Shown here one piece after another: positions 1 through 9,919 of a stretch of DNA of 64,000 nucleotides; within the stretch, counting starts at the first letter, position 1, and every line of letters starts with the position of its first letter. Source of the DNA: Bacteroidia bacterium (lineage in GTDB: Bacteria > Bacteroidota > Bacteroidia > M30B66); assembly GCA_965279035.1 (NCBI GenBank), contig OZ257142.1, positions 1,216,001 to 1,280,000 on the forward strand. Reading direction: 5' to 3'. The notes under the pieces were generated by a model. It was not told where the DNA came from. It did not search any database and saw only the letters and a program-made list of their open reading frames with translations. The position numbers and the translations under genes are program-made.

Positions 1-243
1 AACGATCGTTTTATCCCTTCTGGAGTTGGAATTTCATCCGAAGGTTTCAATATGCAGATATACAATCGCTGGGGAAATGTCGTTTTCGAAACCAAGAATT
101 TAGGACAAGGTTGGGATGGTTCCTATTCCTCGAAAGAAGGGGATGCTGATGTTGCCTCAGAAGTATTTATTTGGCAAGTTTCATTAACCGATTTTACTGG
201 ACTAGTTCGTGAGTATCGAGGTTCTGTAACGCTTATCAGATAA
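1..243 (+). CDS. 3' end of a protein with a gliding-motility-associated C-terminal (T9SS type B, CHU_C) sorting domain; partial
   Basis: Frame is open from base 1: NDRFIPSG...IYNRWG.VVF.....GWDG...G.VTLIR-stop, the typical type B CTD motif set. Confidence 0.85.
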   Translation, partial: NDRFIPSGVGISSEGFNMQIYNRWGNVVFETKNLGQGWDGSYSSKEGDADVASEVFIWQVSLTDFTGLVREYRGSVTLIR

Positions 244-306
244 GAACTTATATTAACGATTGATTTTCAAATTATTTCTACATAATTTGTTTTGTATCTT
301 AGTAGC

Positions 307-531
307 ATGAAACATTATTCCGAAATAATTACAATCGATCCTCAGGTGAGATTTGGTAAACCATGTATTCGTGGAATGAGGATAACTGTTTATGATATTC
401 TTAGTTGGTTAGCATCTGGGATGTCGTTTCAAGATATTTTTGAAGATTACCCGGAAATTAATGAAGAAGATATTCTTGCTGCATTAGCTTATGCTGCAGA
501 AAAGGAGCATAAAATCCGAATAGCATCTTGA
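307..531 (+). CDS. DUF433 family antitoxin (VapB45-like)
   Basis: ITIDPQVRFGKPCIRGMRITVYDIL...YPEI..EDI.AALAYAA signature; ATG at 307; stop overlaps the start of the next gene. Confidence 0.9.
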   Translation: MKHYSEIITIDPQVRFGKPCIRGMRITVYDILSWLASGMSFQDIFEDYPEINEEDILAALAYAAEKEHKIRIAS

Positions 532-872
532 AACTTCTTTTTGATCAAAACATTTCCTTTCGAGTTGTTTCTCAAATTAAAATCTTCTTTCCTGAAGCTT
601 TCCACGTTAGAGATTTCAATCTTCAATTCGCTTCTGACAAACAAATCTGGGATTTTGCAAAAGAGAATCAGTATAATGTAGTTACGTTAGATGCTGATTT
701 TTATGACTTGGTCATTTTATTTGGCCATCCGCCTAAAATCATTTGGCTAAGGTTAGGAAATACCTCAAGTAACAAAATGGCTGCTGTCATTATCAATCAG
801 AAAGAGTTGATCCTCAATTTTCTTGAACATATGCAGTATAGCGATATTTCATGCTTGGAGATTTATGGATGA
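528..872 (+). CDS. DUF5615 PIN-like toxin (VapC45-like)
   Basis: MKLLFDQNIS, D..IW.FA, VVTLDADF and PPKIIWLRLGN motifs; TTG start coupled to the DUF433 gene. Confidence 0.88.
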   Translation: MKLLFDQNISFRVVSQIKIFFPEAFHVRDFNLQFASDKQIWDFAKENQYNVVTLDADFYDLVILFGHPPKIIWLRLGNTSSNKMAAVIINQKELILNFLEHMQYSDISCLEIYG

Positions 873-906
873 GTTGTAGGTTGATTTATCTACCAAACTT
901 ATTCAT

Positions 907-1434
907 TTACTTCTTCCCCGATTTCACAAACAAATCGTACATCACAATTCCGGCACAAACCGAAATATTAAAGGAGTGTTTAGTTCCAAATTGTGGAATC
1001 TCAACCGCTTGATCTGCCAAAGGCAAAACATCATCGGAAACACCTTCTACCTCATTCCCAAAAACCAAAGCAATTGGACCATCGGGAAGATAATCTTGTA
1101 AAGGAATACTACCCGTTGTTTGTTCAATCAGCACAATCGTAAAACCTTCTTTTTTGCAGGTTTCAACCGCTTCTTTTGTTGTTTGGAAATAAGTCCAGTC
1201 AACCGTTTCTGTTGCACCTAAAGCCGATTTATGAATTTCTCTGTTTGGAGGAACAGCCGTAATGCCACAGAGCAGAATTTTTTCAACTGCAAATGCATCC
1301 GCAGAGCGAAAAACAGAGCCTATATTATGTGCACTCCGCACATTATCAAGCACTATTCTAAATGGACGTTTTTTACTTTGACGGAAATCCTCGGGATGCT
1401 TCCGGTTTAATTCGGTAATGCTTAACTTTCGCAT
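907..1434 (-). CDS. TrmH/SpoU family RNA 2'-O-methyltransferase
   Basis: VLDNVRSAHNIGSVFR, LVFGNEVEGVS and IPQFGTKHSFNIS SPOUT motifs; start reassigned to the ATG at 1434 (MRKLS). Confidence 0.9.
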   Translation of the reverse strand: MRKLSITELNRKHPEDFRQSKKRPFRIVLDNVRSAHNIGSVFRSADAFAVEKILLCGITAVPPNREIHKSALGATETVDWTYFQTTKEAVETCKKEGFTIVLIEQTTGSIPLQDYLPDGPIALVFGNEVEGVSDDVLPLADQAVEIPQFGTKHSFNISVCAGIVMYDLFVKSGKK

Positions 1435-1469
1435 GGTTCTGAGATGGAGCCAATTTACACCAAATCCCT

Positions 1470-4100
1470 TTGAAAGCAGCAAAAACAGTCGATGCAAAAG
1501 GCGTCGTGGAGACTCCTTTGATGAAACAATACAACGAGATCAAGGCGAAATACCCAGATGCGTTGCTATTATTTCGGGTGGGAGATTTTTACGAAACCTT
1601 CGGTGAAGATGCCGTTCGTGCTGCTGGTATATTAGGAATTGTGCTTACACGTCGTGCAAATGGTGCTGCACAATACATAGAACTAGCCGGCTTTCCTCAT
1701 CATTCGCTTGATACCTATTTACCCAAACTTGTTCGTGCTGGATTACGTGTTGCCATATGTGATCAACTCGAAGATCCTAAAACCACCAAAACCATCGTTA
1801 AACGAGGTGTTACCGAATTAGTAACTCCAGGATTATCTAGCAGCGATAAACTTCTCGATTATCGCAGCAATACCTTTTTAGCAGCCGTAGTTCCAGGGAA
1901 AGAAGAAGTTGGATTGGCTTTTCTCGACCATTCCACTGGAGAGTTTATGATCGCTCAAGGCAAACCTGCCTATGCCGAAAAACTCATTCAGAATTTTCAA
2001 CCGGGCGAAGTCTTAATGCCCAAAACTGCTGCGAAAGGTTTTAAAGAAGTCCATGGAGAACGCTTTTTCTCCTATCCACTCGATGAATGGATTTTTCAAG
2101 AAACTTATTCTCGGGAATTACTTCAAAAGCAGTTTGATACCATTTCACTAAAAGGTTTTGGAGTAGAGGGAATGCCTTTGGCTATCATAGCTGCTGGTGC
2201 ATGTCTTCATTATCTCAACGAAACCAATCACGATAAAACAGCTCACATCACTGCTGTTTCGCGCATCGAAGAAGATAAGTTCATGTGGCTTGATGGTTTT
2301 ACCATTCGTAATCTGGAGCTTTTTTCTTCGGTTTACGAGCAAGCAATGACCTTGTTCGATGTCATCAATCATACGCTTACGCCCATGGGAGCGCGTATGC
2401 TAAAACGGTGGTTGGCACTACCGCTCAAAGATCTTCGTCCCATACAAGATCGCTTGCAATTAGTAGATCTCTTGCGTCATACACCTGAATTAGCTTCGCA
2501 ATTATCCGATGCACTTAAGCAAATTGGAGATCTCGAACGAATCATTGCCAAGGTTGCTGTTCAACGTGTTAACCCGCGCGAGTTGAAGCAATTGCAACGT
2601 TCTTTACATGCTATTGCAGATGTTCAACAGTATTGTGCTTCGAGCGTTGATCCACTTTTGCAGCGCATCGGTGAACAACTCAATCCTTGTTTGCTCATTC
2701 GTCAACGAATAGAAAACGAAATTTCGGATGAAGCTCCAGTTGCATTGCACAAAGGGGATGTGATGAGCGATGGAGTGGATGCAGAACTCGATGAACTGCG
2801 CGATATCAAACGTTCTGGTAAAGATTACCTGCTCAAAATTCAGCAGCGCGAAATCGAAGCAACCGGAATTACATCACTCAAAATTAGCTTCAACAACGTC
2901 TTTGGATACTACCTCGAAGTAACCAATTCGCACAAAGACAAAGTACCCGAAACTTGGATTCGTAAGCAAACTTTAGTCAATGCCGAGCGCTACATCACTC
3001 CAGAAATCAAAGTATTCGAGGAGAAAATTCTTGGTGCCGAAGATCGCATTGCTGTCATTGAATCGCGCTTGTATCAGGAACTTCTATCCGCCATTTCCGA
3101 ATACATTCAGCCTATTCAACACAATGCTTTCTTATTGGCTCAAATCGACTGTCTGCGCGGATTTGCCGATTTGGCCGAACGAAATAACTACTGCCGTCCC
3201 GAAGTAAACGATGGTTTTGCCCTTGATATCACTGACGGTCGTCATCCTGTTATTGAAAAGCAATTAGGAGTTGGTGTTGAGTACGTTTCGAATAATGTGC
3301 TTCTCGATCCTGATGGTGTTCAACTGATGATGATTACTGGTCCCAATATGTCGGGTAAATCGGCACTCTTGCGACAAACGGCATTGATCACCATCATGGC
3401 TCAAATTGGCTGTTTCGTGCCAGCATCGGCAGCAAAGATTGGTTTAGTTGATAAAATCTTCACCCGCGTTGGAGCTTCCGATAATATGAGCAGTGGCGAA
3501 TCAACCTTCATGGTGGAGATGAACGAAACTGCTTCTATCCTCAACAATCTCAGCGAACGCAGCTTGATTTTGCTCGACGAGATTGGTCGTGGAACCAGCA
3601 CTTACGATGGAATTTCCATTGCTTGGGCTATTGCTGAATTTTTACACGAGCAACCTGTCAATCGCGCCAAAACACTATTTGCAACGCATTACCACGAGCT
3701 AAACGATATGGCTGCTCGTTTTCCGCGTATTCGGAACTTCAATGTATCGGTTAAAGAAGTTAACCAGAAAGTTATTTTCCTACGAAAACTCAAAGAAGGT
3801 GGCTCCAACCATAGCTTTGGAATTCATGTGGCAAAAATGGCAGGAATGCCGCGCAAATTGGTCGATCGGGCTACCGAAATTTTACATGAACTCGAGAAGC
3901 TTCATCGTAAAGGAGAGGCGAGCGTTTCACCCAAAGTACCCGAATCGGTGCAAACGGGTATGCAGCTTAGCTTCTTCCAATTGAACGATCCTGTGCTCGA
4001 AAACATCAAAGATGAACTTGAAAAGACCGATATCAACAACCTTACACCCATGGATGCGCTTTTAAAGCTCAACGAAATCAAGCGATTGTTGGGTGGATAA
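1470..4100 (+). CDS. mutS: DNA mismatch repair protein MutS
   Basis: [17 protein letters not shown], Walker [27 protein letters not shown]. Confidence 0.98.
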   Translation: MKAAKTVDAKGVVETPLMKQYNEIKAKYPDALLLFRVGDFYETFGEDAVRAAGILGIVLTRRANGAAQYIELAGFPHHSLDTYLPKLVRAGLRVAICDQLEDPKTTKTIVKRGVTELVTPGLSSSDKLLDYRSNTFLAAVVPGKEEVGLAFLDHSTGEFMIAQGKPAYAEKLIQNFQPGEVLMPKTAAKGFKEVHGERFFSYPLDEWIFQETYSRELLQKQFDTISLKGFGVEGMPLAIIAAGACLHYLNETNHDKTAHITAVSRIEEDKFMWLDGFTIRNLELFSSVYEQAMTLFDVINHTLTPMGARMLKRWLALPLKDLRPIQDRLQLVDLLRHTPELASQLSDALKQIGDLERIIAKVAVQRVNPRELKQLQRSLHAIADVQQYCASSVDPLLQRIGEQLNPCLLIRQRIENEISDEAPVALHKGDVMSDGVDAELDELRDIKRSGKDYLLKIQQREIEATGITSLKISFNNVFGYYLEVTNSHKDKVPETWIRKQTLVNAERYITPEIKVFEEKILGAEDRIAVIESRLYQELLSAISEYIQPIQHNAFLLAQIDCLRGFADLAERNNYCRPEVNDGFALDITDGRHPVIEKQLGVGVEYVSNNVLLDPDGVQLMMITGPNMSGKSALLRQTALITIMAQIGCFVPASAAKIGLVDKIFTRVGASDNMSSGESTFMVEMNETASILNNLSERSLILLDEIGRGTSTYDGISIAWAIAEFLHEQPVNRAKTLFATHYHELNDMAARFPRIRNFNVSVKEVNQKVIFLRKLKEGGSNHSFGIHVAKMAGMPRKLVDRATEILHELEKLHRKGEASVSPKVPESVQTGMQLSFFQLNDPVLENIKDELEKTDINNLTPMDALLKLNEIKRLLGG

Positions 4101-4141
4101 GAAAAATCGGAGAAAATGTTTTGGGGAAAACGATTTTATTT

Positions 4142-4149
4142 TACTTTTG
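4142..4149 (+). promoter_or_regulatory. Bacteroidota -7 promoter element for tRNA-Gly
   Basis: TACTTTTG matches TAnnTTTG, 11 nt before the tRNA. Confidence 0.7.
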
Positions 4150-4160
4150 CCATCCCCTAC

Positions 4161-4236
<76 letters not shown>

Positions 4237-4267
4237 AAGCCTTCAGAATGCTGAAGGCTTTTTTTTT
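4237..4267 (+). terminator. Intrinsic terminator after tRNA-Gly
   Basis: AAGCCTTCAG-AATG-CTGAAGGCTT stem-loop followed by a T run. Confidence 0.9.
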
Positions 4268-4278
4268 ATTTCTTTTTT

Positions 4279-4383
4279 GGGCGTGCCCTCGGTAAAAACC
4301 TCGGTCATGCTGTCCATGGCTACGCTTCGCTTCGGCCCTTCGGGCATTTCGGCTTTGCCTCATCCATTCCCATCATTCACGCA
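4279..4383 (+). repeat. GC-rich structured element resembling the Bacteroidota Flavo-1/REP-like repeat
   Basis: Begins GGGCGTGCCC and ends CACGCA (GCGTG/CACGC terminal pairing); internal GCCC-TTC-GGGC hairpin; GC-rich against AT-rich flanks; family resemblance is from memory. Confidence 0.55.
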
Positions 4384-4387
4384 GCAT

Positions 4388-7300
4388 TTAGTTTCGTATC
4401 AGCTTAAAAGTAAAACCTTGATTTTCCTGTGTCGAAGTTTCTTGCTGATTAGCTATTCCAATCACTCGAAGAAAATACATTCCACTTGCTAATGAAATCG
4501 GCTCAATCCGAATAGTTCCTTGTCCATCTTGTAGTTTCTTTCCTTGAGTAATCAATCGTCCGCTTACATCTAGCAAAGCATAGTAATACTTCACTTCTTT
4601 TTCATCTAAACCACTAATAATCCATTCGCTCGCGCTACACGTTAAAGTTGGGTTGATTTGATTTTCCTTTATCCCAACAGTACCAATGGTGATGATGTTG
4701 GAAAGTTCCGATGAGCAGCCATTTGGGTCAATCCATTGTACAGTAAAACTTCCAGTTGAATTGATAACTAAGGAGTCGTTCGATTCATCTATTATCGGTT
4801 CACTATCTAAATACCAAATAAATGTGCCCGGTAAATTTCCCTGAACAATGAGCAAACCGCCATTTTGCTGAATGTTAGGTGTCGCTGGTAAACTGTTTAC
4901 TTGAATGTTCACTGTATCAATTTTACTACAACCCGCCGTATTGGTAACTGTTAACACATAATTAAGTGTTTCATTGGGTGTAGCAATCGGTTGCGGATTC
5001 GTTGGGTTATCTAAATCCGTTATAGGAAACCAAGTAAACGAATCAGAAATGAAGGCTCCTAATTGAACCGATTCACCTAAACAAATCGAAGTATCATTTC
5101 CAGCAAATGCAAGAGGTGATTCAGCAACAGCAATCGATTGAGATACATTCGTAATGACAGGATTTGCACAAGTCAAACTACTACTCACTGTTGCGGTAAT
5201 CATCGTGTTTACACTAAGCGTATCTAAACTTATTGAAGGAGATTCTAATTGAATTGGAGAACCATTGAGCGACCAAGAATAATTCGGATTTGTACCCAAG
5301 CCATAACCCGAAATACTAGCAACTACAGGATCGGAACCACAGATACTTGCAGGGTTCACTTGTAATGAAACAACAGGTGTTATGGAAGTATGAATATGAA
5401 CTGGATAACCATTATCGGGTGATGCCATTACAGGCAAAGCACATACTACACGAATTCGGTAGTTGTCACCATTGATGCCCGATGGTAAAGTACAGGTAAT
5501 AATTCCCGAAGGATCAGTTTCTGGTAATTGAACTGTATAAGAACCGATTACTGTTGGAGAACTAAAATCTCCCGAACTGCTACTCAATTCCACATTCATC
5601 ACATTGCTATTATAGAGCAAACCAGCTGCATTATAGCCAACGAAAATCCTGTTGCCAGAACAGAATATCGAATCTTGCAAATAAGTACGAAGCATTTCAG
5701 TAAGCTTCAAAGTATGTAATACATAACTTATCCCTCCAGCACAATATCCATATTGCTGGTTGGGCATATCAATCGCGTCAATTCCACCATTGTTAGCCAA
5801 ACAATAGGTCGATTGAGAACCGACAACCGTACCGCCATTGAGCGTAAAGTACTGACTATTCAATCTGGCAAAATAGCCAATGGAATCGGTGAAAAACTGC
5901 ATTTCTTCAATTTCAGCATTGGTATTATCTGCAGGAAAAACACGCCTCCAAATCTCACCGCCATCAACCGTTTTGTACATACGACCAAATGTTCCTGCTG
6001 CATAGGCAACGTTTGCACTCGTAATCCACACATCATTAAAGTCGGAAGTGCTTTGAATACTGTCATTCTTCAACTCCCAAGTCAATCCTCCATTGACCGT
6101 CTTAAAAACCGCATAATCCGAAACCGTCATTCCTGTATCGCGATTTAAGAAATGGATTCCTCTTAAAGGCAGAAGCGAATCGACAGCAACTGTACTCCAA
6201 GATAAGCCAGCATCTTGTGTCTTTATCACCATGCCATTGCTCCCTGAAGAATAGGCAACTAAAGAATCTACTGCAACCATATCGAGCAAGGGTTCTATTG
6301 TACCTGTTGGTATCGAAGTCCAGCTCCATCCCGAATTGGTCGAACGAAGTATCGTTCCACTATCCCCACAAGCAATGATAGTACTGTCGTTCATCCAGTT
6401 AACAGCCAACAAAGCATGCGTTGTATTACTGTGCATTTTGCGCACATTCAAGGCTCCATTTTGTGTAATGAAAATTCCTCCTGAGCTACTTACAAAAACT
6501 CCTTTTTGCGGATTACGAAAATCAATTCCTTTCACATGCTCACCCATACCACTATTTACATTTGTCCAGTTTTGACATCCATCCAGTGTGCGCGCAATTC
6601 TTCCTAAAGAATATGTTCCCGTAAATCCATAGTTTTCATCAAGGAAATAGGCGCAATACATGGTTTCGTTAAAATCAGTTGAGTATTGATTCCAAGTTTG
6701 ACCACCGTCGTTCGTTTTCAATAAAACACCAGAATCACCTATAATGACACCCGAATTCAGGCTGCTGAAATTCATTCTCCACCAAACTGCTCCTGATGGT
6801 GCATCATAGCTTGTCCAATTACTACCTCCATCGGTGGTTTTTAGGATTTTGTTGTTACTCAACACATATCCATTATTGACATCTGCAAACCATACTTCTT
6901 TAAAATATTCAGTTCCTGAATACACGCTGGTCCATGTAGTTCCTCCATTTGTTGTTTTTCTTATCGTTCCCGAATTCCCAACGAAATAACCTGTGTTCGC
7001 ATCAGCAAACCAAACCGAATTCAACGTAACTGTAACACCAGAGGATTGCGTAGTCCAGCTTGAACCTCCATTGGTACTTTTACGAACCAAGCCATTAGCT
7101 CCAACTACAAATCCCACGTTGGCATTGGGAAAATGGATATCGTTTAAACCTGCCCCAACTCCTGAGGATGGTATTGTCCAAGACTGTCCACCATCGGTAG
7201 TTTTTATAACGGTGCTAGATGCTCCAACAGCCCAACCAGTAAATGAATCCACGAAATGTAAACGTGTCATTGCTGCAGTAGATCCGGTGTTCATTCGAAT

Positions 7301-7513
7301 CCATGTTTCTCCTCCATCTATTGTGCGAAGTATAGAAGTACTTCCAGAACAACCTCCAACACCAGCCGCTTGTCCACAAGCAAAGCCTGTTAAGCGATTG
7401 GTGAAGAATATATCGTTTATCGCTCCATTGTATGGATTGGAGGATCGCCATTGTGCAAAGGCAGGTTGAACTAAAAGGAACAACAAAGAGGAAAGGAAGA
7501 AAAGTCTTTTCAT
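4388..7513 (-). CDS. Secreted YCF48/BNR (Asp-box) beta-propeller protein with Ig-like domains and T9SS type A sorting domain
   Basis: Signal peptide ending AFA-Q; about 13 [ST]x[DN]GGx[ST]W repeats; AGND.SIC Ig-like module; C-terminal DVSGRLI...LASGMYFLRV...FKLIRN. Confidence 0.88.
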   Translation of the reverse strand: MKRLFFLSSLLFLLVQPAFAQWRSSNPYNGAINDIFFTNRLTGFACGQAAGVGGCSGSTSILRTIDGGETWIRMNTGSTAAMTRLHFVDSFTGWAVGASSTVIKTTDGGQSWTIPSSGVGAGLNDIHFPNANVGFVVGANGLVRKSTNGGSSWTTQSSGVTVTLNSVWFADANTGYFVGNSGTIRKTTNGGTTWTSVYSGTEYFKEVWFADVNNGYVLSNNKILKTTDGGSNWTSYDAPSGAVWWRMNFSSLNSGVIIGDSGVLLKTNDGGQTWNQYSTDFNETMYCAYFLDENYGFTGTYSLGRIARTLDGCQNWTNVNSGMGEHVKGIDFRNPQKGVFVSSSGGIFITQNGALNVRKMHSNTTHALLAVNWMNDSTIIACGDSGTILRSTNSGWSWTSIPTGTIEPLLDMVAVDSLVAYSSGSNGMVIKTQDAGLSWSTVAVDSLLPLRGIHFLNRDTGMTVSDYAVFKTVNGGLTWELKNDSIQSTSDFNDVWITSANVAYAAGTFGRMYKTVDGGEIWRRVFPADNTNAEIEEMQFFTDSIGYFARLNSQYFTLNGGTVVGSQSTYCLANNGGIDAIDMPNQQYGYCAGGISYVLHTLKLTEMLRTYLQDSIFCSGNRIFVGYNAAGLLYNSNVMNVELSSSSGDFSSPTVIGSYTVQLPETDPSGIITCTLPSGINGDNYRIRVVCALPVMASPDNGYPVHIHTSITPVVSLQVNPASICGSDPVVASISGYGLGTNPNYSWSLNGSPIQLESPSISLDTLSVNTMITATVSSSLTCANPVITNVSQSIAVAESPLAFAGNDTSICLGESVQLGAFISDSFTWFPITDLDNPTNPQPIATPNETLNYVLTVTNTAGCSKIDTVNIQVNSLPATPNIQQNGGLLIVQGNLPGTFIWYLDSEPIIDESNDSLVINSTGSFTVQWIDPNGCSSELSNIITIGTVGIKENQINPTLTCSASEWIISGLDEKEVKYYYALLDVSGRLITQGKKLQDGQGTIRIEPISLASGMYFLRVIGIANQQETSTQENQGFTFKLIRN

Positions 7514-7599
7514 GTTTTTGTTTGGGATGACAAATTTAAGCAGTGCGAGTCACATTAAGCCATTTGTCTAATAATGTTCAATGTGAACGAGAGAAAATG

Positions 7600-7624
7600 A
7601 AAAAAGCCGCATATAGCGGCTTTT
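7600..7624 (-). terminator. Intrinsic terminator downstream of tRNA-Leu
   Basis: AAAAGCCGC-ATATA-GCGGCTTTT; T6 tail on the minus strand. Confidence 0.8.
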
Positions 7625-7665
7625 AGATAAAGAGCAGTGATTTACAAATCACTTTTGAAAAGTAC

Positions 7666-7746
7666 TCGGAACGAACCCCAAGATTTGTACCCGGAGCGGT
7701 TTCCGATAGCTATCGGAACGAACCCCAAGATTTGTACCCGGAGCGG
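7666..7746. repeat. 34-bp direct repeat (two copies) containing the tRNA-Leu 3' end, with an 18-bp perfect palindrome at the junction
   Basis: TCGGAACGAACCCCAAGATTTGTACCCGGAGCGG at 7666-7699 and 7713-7746; TTCCGATAGCTATCGGAA at 7701-7718. Confidence 0.92.
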
Positions 7747-7819
7747 GAATCGAACCCGCACGATCGCAATGATCACAGGATTTTAAGTCCTGCGTGTCTA
7801 CCAATTCCACCATCCGGGC
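7735..7819 (-). tRNA. tRNA-Leu(TAA), CCA not encoded
   Basis: Reverse complement reads GCCCGGATGGTGGAATTGGTAGACACG-CAGGA-CTTAAAA-TCCTG, long variable arm, GCGGGTTCGATTCCCGC-TCCGGGT-A. Confidence 0.96.
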
Positions 7820-7829
7820 AACACGGGGG

Positions 7830-7837
7830 CAAAAGTA
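7830..7837 (-). promoter_or_regulatory. -7 promoter element for tRNA-Leu
   Basis: TACTTTTG on the minus strand, 10 nt before the tRNA 5' end. Confidence 0.7.
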
Positions 7838-7957
7838 TTATTTTTTTTAATCCTTGAAAGGGAAAGATGATAATTCTTAGTAAAAACGTTTATTAGCTTG
7901 TTTATGAGAGGTGTTAACTCTTAGATCTTATAAAATTGTGATTAATGATTGAACAAT

Positions 7958-8701
7958 TCATTTCACAACTGGTTCAATTTTCCGTTTCGCCTTACGGCTC
8001 TTTTTTCGTTCTGGATCTTCGTGGAAAAAATATTTTAAGTCGGCAGATAAGTAGGCTCCATTGAGATTTCCTGAAACAGAATTCTGTACAATTCCTTTAT
8101 TAATGTAATCGATTGCTAAACCGTAGATCGGTCCAAAGGGGCGATTCAATGTTGCCCCAAAATAAAAATAACCACTTTTAGGTGTCCGATATTCAAAGCC
8201 AATATTTGCAAGTAGGCTAGGGGTGAAGCTATGTTTTCGTCCTGCATATACACCCAAGAAGGAATCTCGTTTAATATCATCTGAAGGGAAAATATTTAGG
8301 CAAGCACCCGCACCCGCATTCATATATATACGTTCGCTTAGTTTAATGAAAATGAGCTGACTAAATGGAATTTCGTACCCAATGATTCGAAGTTTATTTG
8401 TCGTTGTTTTTGGCCCATATGTGCCACTCACGTTGAGGTTTCTGGCTACGTAATTAATCCCGAATTCGATAGATAATGTCTTTGTATAACCTTGTCTAAT
8501 GATCATTCCTGCAACGTAGCCAGAACCTGGTTTTACAGAATAACTATAACTGCTATCATTAAAAGTTTGAGTTCCAGTACCGAAAAATGAACTCGAAAAA
8601 AGTGGCTTAATTTGAAAGCCAACAGTTTTAATTTTTTCCTGAGCCGACACCGTCAACACCAATAAAAATAAGACGATGAAAATCGAACAGAATTTTTTCA
8701 T
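7958..8701 (-). CDS. Hypothetical exported protein, probable small outer-membrane beta-barrel
   Basis: Signal peptide (VSA-Q); alternating aromatic/Gly strands (IEFGINY, IGFEY, LSADLKYFF); basic tail. Confidence 0.6.
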   Translation of the reverse strand: MKKFCSIFIVLFLLVLTVSAQEKIKTVGFQIKPLFSSSFFGTGTQTFNDSSYSYSVKPGSGYVAGMIIRQGYTKTLSIEFGINYVARNLNVSGTYGPKTTTNKLRIIGYEIPFSQLIFIKLSERIYMNAGAGACLNIFPSDDIKRDSFLGVYAGRKHSFTPSLLANIGFEYRTPKSGYFYFGATLNRPFGPIYGLAIDYINKGIVQNSVSGNLNGAYLSADLKYFFHEDPERKKSRKAKRKIEPVVK

Positions 8702-8706
8702 GTCAA

Positions 8707-9915
8707 TTAGTGTGGACAGATAGAGTGAAGGATCTTTTGTGTAGCTCCTGTTTTGGATTCAACAAAATTAGAACAGATGTTGGATTTTTCTTTGAGTGTT
8801 ATTGGGTTTGAAATTTCATCAAAAACTTGAAGAAACTCAGTTCGAGTAGAAATAGAAAAACCTCCGCCAGCATGTATCAATTGTTCAGCTTCTAAAAACT
8901 TAGAATATTTAGGCCCGAAAATAACAGGTAAACCACAGGCTGCAGGCTCCAAAATATTATGCAATCCTTTTCCAAAAGCACCACCAACATAGGCTATTTT
9001 TCCTAATGAATATGCCGAAAGCAACATCCCCATATTATCTAAAATCAACACATCCGATTGCCCACCTTCTTGAATCAACTGAGAATACCGTTTGCACGAC
9101 CTTTTGCAATTCGTTTCTATTTCACGAATTCTTTCTTCCGAAATTTCATGCGGAGCAACAATAAGCGCCCATTCTTCCGAAATCCAAGGAAATACAATTG
9201 AATCATCTTCTGCCCAAGTACTTCCTGCAATAAGCGCCTTTCTCCCATTTAGCCAGTTTTCAATTTCAGGAAGTTTTGCTGGATGTTTTGCATTTGAAAA
9301 AACACGATCATAACGAGAATCACCACTAACAACAGTTCTTAAATAGCCTGCTTTATGAAGTAAGCTTTCAGATTCCACATCTTGAACATGAATTTCGGTA
9401 AAGCAATCCAGTTGTTTTCGGAACCAAGATCCCCAGAATTTGAAAAAATGTTGATTCTCTCTGAAACGCGAAGAAATGAGATAAGTTGGAATTGATTTTT
9501 CCTTTAAGGCTCTTAAATATCCAAACCAAAATTCATATTTCACTATCACAGCCAACTCGGGTTGTAAATAGTTTATAAAGTGATTTACATTTTTGGGTGT
9601 ATCAAGAGGCAAATAAATTACTTGATCAACTCCTGCATAGTTTTTTCGAATCTCATAACCTGATGGAGAGAAAAAACTAAGGACAATTTTAATTTCAGGT
9701 TTTTGAATTCTAAATGCTTCTATTACTGGTCTTCCTTGCTCAAATTCTCCTAAAGATGCACAGTGAAACCAAACCCATCGTTCTCCTTTTTGACGGAAAT
9801 TCCAAGCTTGGTTTTTCCTTCCTTTCAACCACTGTTTCGCTTTTTCTGATCGCCATGAAGCAATGAAAATAGCGATGCGATAAAACTGAATACCAATCTT
9901 ATAAAGGAAAAACAT
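8707..9915 (-). CDS. waaA: 3-deoxy-D-manno-octulosonic acid (Kdo) transferase
   Basis: WFHCASLGEFEQG, YLPLDT, KYEFW, AGSTW, YVGG.FG.G.HNILEPA; start at ATG 9915. Confidence 0.93.
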   Translation of the reverse strand: MFFLYKIGIQFYRIAIFIASWRSEKAKQWLKGRKNQAWNFRQKGERWVWFHCASLGEFEQGRPVIEAFRIQKPEIKIVLSFFSPSGYEIRKNYAGVDQVIYLPLDTPKNVNHFINYLQPELAVIVKYEFWFGYLRALKEKSIPTYLISSRFRENQHFFKFWGSWFRKQLDCFTEIHVQDVESESLLHKAGYLRTVVSGDSRYDRVFSNAKHPAKLPEIENWLNGRKALIAGSTWAEDDSIVFPWISEEWALIVAPHEISEERIREIETNCKRSCKRYSQLIQEGGQSDVLILDNMGMLLSAYSLGKIAYVGGAFGKGLHNILEPAACGLPVIFGPKYSKFLEAEQLIHAGGGFSISTRTEFLQVFDEISNPITLKEKSNICSNFVESKTGATQKILHSICPH

Positions 9916-9919
9916 AGGA

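Noticed and set aside
1470-4100. mutS appearing more GC-rich than its neighbours (possible transfer)
   Set aside because: Three hand-counted 60-nt lines ranged from 32% to 52% GC, which is too noisy to support a claim without a computed profile.
6993-7469. 158-aa antisense ORF inside the propeller gene, and similar short antisense ORFs throughout
   Set aside because: These are shadow frames of well-supported genes with no recognisable motifs.
7666-7746. Possible mini-CRISPR array
   Set aside because: Only two repeats with a 13-bp gap, the repeat derives from the tRNA 3' end, and there are no cas genes in the window.
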